A stretch of 64,000 nt of DNA, from contig OZ024755.1 of NCBI GenBank assembly GCA_964016885.1, forward strand, positions 13,578,001-13,642,000, given 5' to 3'. The stretch comes from Eledone cirrhosa (taxonomy: Eukaryota). This document shows, one piece after another, positions 61,931-64,000 of the stretch. Position 1 is the stretch's first letter; the number at the start of each line of letters is the position of its first letter. Both the position numbers and the translations under genes were made by a program. A model generated the notes under the pieces. It ran no database searches. It was not told the DNA's origin and saw only the letters and a program-made list of their open reading frames with translations.

Positions 61931-62680
61931 ATATAGGATGGTCGGCTGGAAAAAATCATAGACTGACTAGGAAGAAGGATTGATACTAGAGCTGTGAAAT
62001 CTTGTATACATTAATTTCTTTGCATTGTTTCTTTCCTCCTATTTTATTCAGTGGGAAAAAATTATAAGTGTCAACCTTGACACACACACTGTCAAAGTGA
62101 ATCTTATTGATAATTCCGTCAAAGGCATACATGTCTGTCTGGGTAAAATGCTCAGTCGTTTGTCGATTAAATTCATGAGTAAGCTGTACTGTTGATCTAT
62201 AAACAAGAATACCCACCAATCGCAACCGACTGAGATTCAATATACACACATAATTGCCTACAAGCCTGTTCTCGTTTATTTAGTTGATAATTTAATATAT
62301 TTTAGGGCAGGAATATGATGATTCTGGGCGAGCAGTTCAGTATAGAATGAATTGGGAGCGAGACACAATTGGGGTAAAAGGAGCAGAAACGGATTCAGAA
62401 ATGATGGTATGCAGTTTGTTAGTTTTGAGAAGCAGTAAACCTTGTAGTGGACACGACAAAGAGGAAAGCTACAGTATATTAGTAAGTTAATGATCCATTT
62501 GCATTATCTATTTTTTTTATCTCGATGTAATAAAGAAAGGAGTTCCTACCGTAGATTCACTGTAGACTGGGGATCTTTGAATCAGAGTCCATTTCTGTTA
62601 AACGGTGGTAATACATCCAAAACAGCTAAACATTGCATGAGATTGATCAATTAGTATATTAATAATCCAGCAACCATAAC

Positions 62681-62786
62681 TAACTGTGCATGTCTCAAGA
62701 AGCCCGTATCCGTGCCTAACTGCGCATGTCTCAACAAGCCCGCATCAGTGCCTAACTGCGCATGTCTCAACAAGCCCGCATCCGTG
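62681..62786. repeat. 36-bp tandem triplication (taactgcgcatgtctcaacaagcccgcatccgtgcc)
   Basis: Three copies abutting the start of duplication copy 2. Confidence 0.9.
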
Positions 62787-62922
62787 ATTGTCGATGGTAA
62801 TTTCGTATCGTTCGCATAGCTAGTGAGTAGTGAGTAAACAGAAATAAAAAAGCGAACGACACAGTACAATGAAGAAATATATTTGTCTAACGCTTGAAAT
62901 AATTTAAAAAGAGATGTGCGCG

Positions 62923-62954
<32 letters not shown>

Positions 62955-63432
62955 GTTGCAAGAAAAAATGCGTCCGCAGGCGGTATACCGGTTGAGCACT
63001 CGATGCTCGCGCAGAGCAGAGTATAATACTATAAGAATAAAGGAACAAGGATTCAGTGTTGCATCATAACATATTTAATAACATATTACATGTTTCACTA
63101 TCTTTCAGCTCAAGGAAAGACATTATGGTTCGAACCTGACTGTAATCGAAAGATCGTCAGATATTCTTCCTATATGATCTCGTCAAGTTCGTTCTATAAT
63201 AGGTCTTTCTTCGAGTTGATCGATAATGAAACGTATTATGTTATTAAATATGTTATGATGCAACACTTGTTCCTTTATTCTTATAGTATATATATATATA
63301 GAAGTGGTTACACAACAGCTAGTTCACCATACCGAGAACAATTGTTTCCCCTTTGCTGATCCTCAGCTCTACCTAACTCGTCCCATGGACTGAGTGCTCT
63401 ACCACTACGGATATTACCTTCCAGTGTTCTAC

Positions 63433-63466
<34 letters not shown>

Positions 63467-64000
63467 GAGGGGGTACTGCAAAGTTCCAGGAGGATCAGTT
63501 AATTTCTGTCTCAGATTCACACACTTATTGCAGCGATCCTTCAGTTCTTCTACGCCCTGTAAAAAGAACTCGGAAAGTTGGGCCTTCAACCAGGCCTCTG
63601 CAGCGATCAAGCCAGGAACTTTTCAGCACTCCCTCGTATATATATATATATATATATATATAGTCACATAAATCATACATATATGCACATACACACACTT
63701 ATGTGTGTATGTGTATTCTTCCGTGCGTTTTTCCCTTTTTTCTAAATAGTTATCTATTTTCTTTTCCTTTTATTCTTTCGTCTTTTTCACTTCCTTTCTA
63801 TATTCTACATTGCTCTTCATCTCTCCTCACCCACCCCCTGGTTCTACTAGTGAAATAAATCATTATTTCTCCTGTATATTATAGATTCAGGACTACTTGT
63901 TTCCCCCACTACATTTCTAATTAAATGTTGCCCTATTTACTAAATTTGCTTTTGGCTGGGATTTTAACGAATTCATACACGTCCATTTTGCTGGAAGGAC
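62786..64000 (+). repeat. Local segmental duplication, copy 2 (runs off the window)
   Basis: Colinear with 59381-61200. Confidence 0.9.
63466..63636 (-). mobile_element. Non-autonomous mariner element, paralog of 60660-60853
   Basis: Same TIRs with a short internal deletion; minus strand reads EELKDRCNKCVNLR. Confidence 0.8.

Overview
AT-rich, repeat-dense eukaryotic genomic DNA. The tRNA-derived SINE family and the very long (TA)n/(CA)n mosaics resemble cephalopod (Octopus-like) genomes; this assignment is my inference and was not verified. I can identify no intact host protein-coding gene. Nearly all long ORFs in the track are read-throughs of micro- or minisatellites. Recognisable content is: many SINE copies; decayed non-LTR retrotransposon fragments (L1/Tx1, RTE, CRE-like, HERO-like); mariner and pogo relics and MITEs; a Helitron-like insertion present in only one copy of a local segmental duplication; and several minisatellites. 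The most interesting signal is a dispersed set of short elements embedded in (TA)n tracts, often built as fold-back inverted repeats, that carry minimal type I hammerhead ribozyme motifs (CUGANGA / stem II / GAAA / short or palindromic stem III / UH). Three have canonical cores (35865-35932 -, 50181-50251 -, 51731-51796 +), one is near-canonical (35266-35330 +), and several more are degenerate. They fall into several unrelated sequence families and look like Penelope-like pseudo-LTR remnants or non-autonomous retrozyme-like elements. All alignments and folds were done by eye, and boundaries are approximate unless a terminal motif is quoted.
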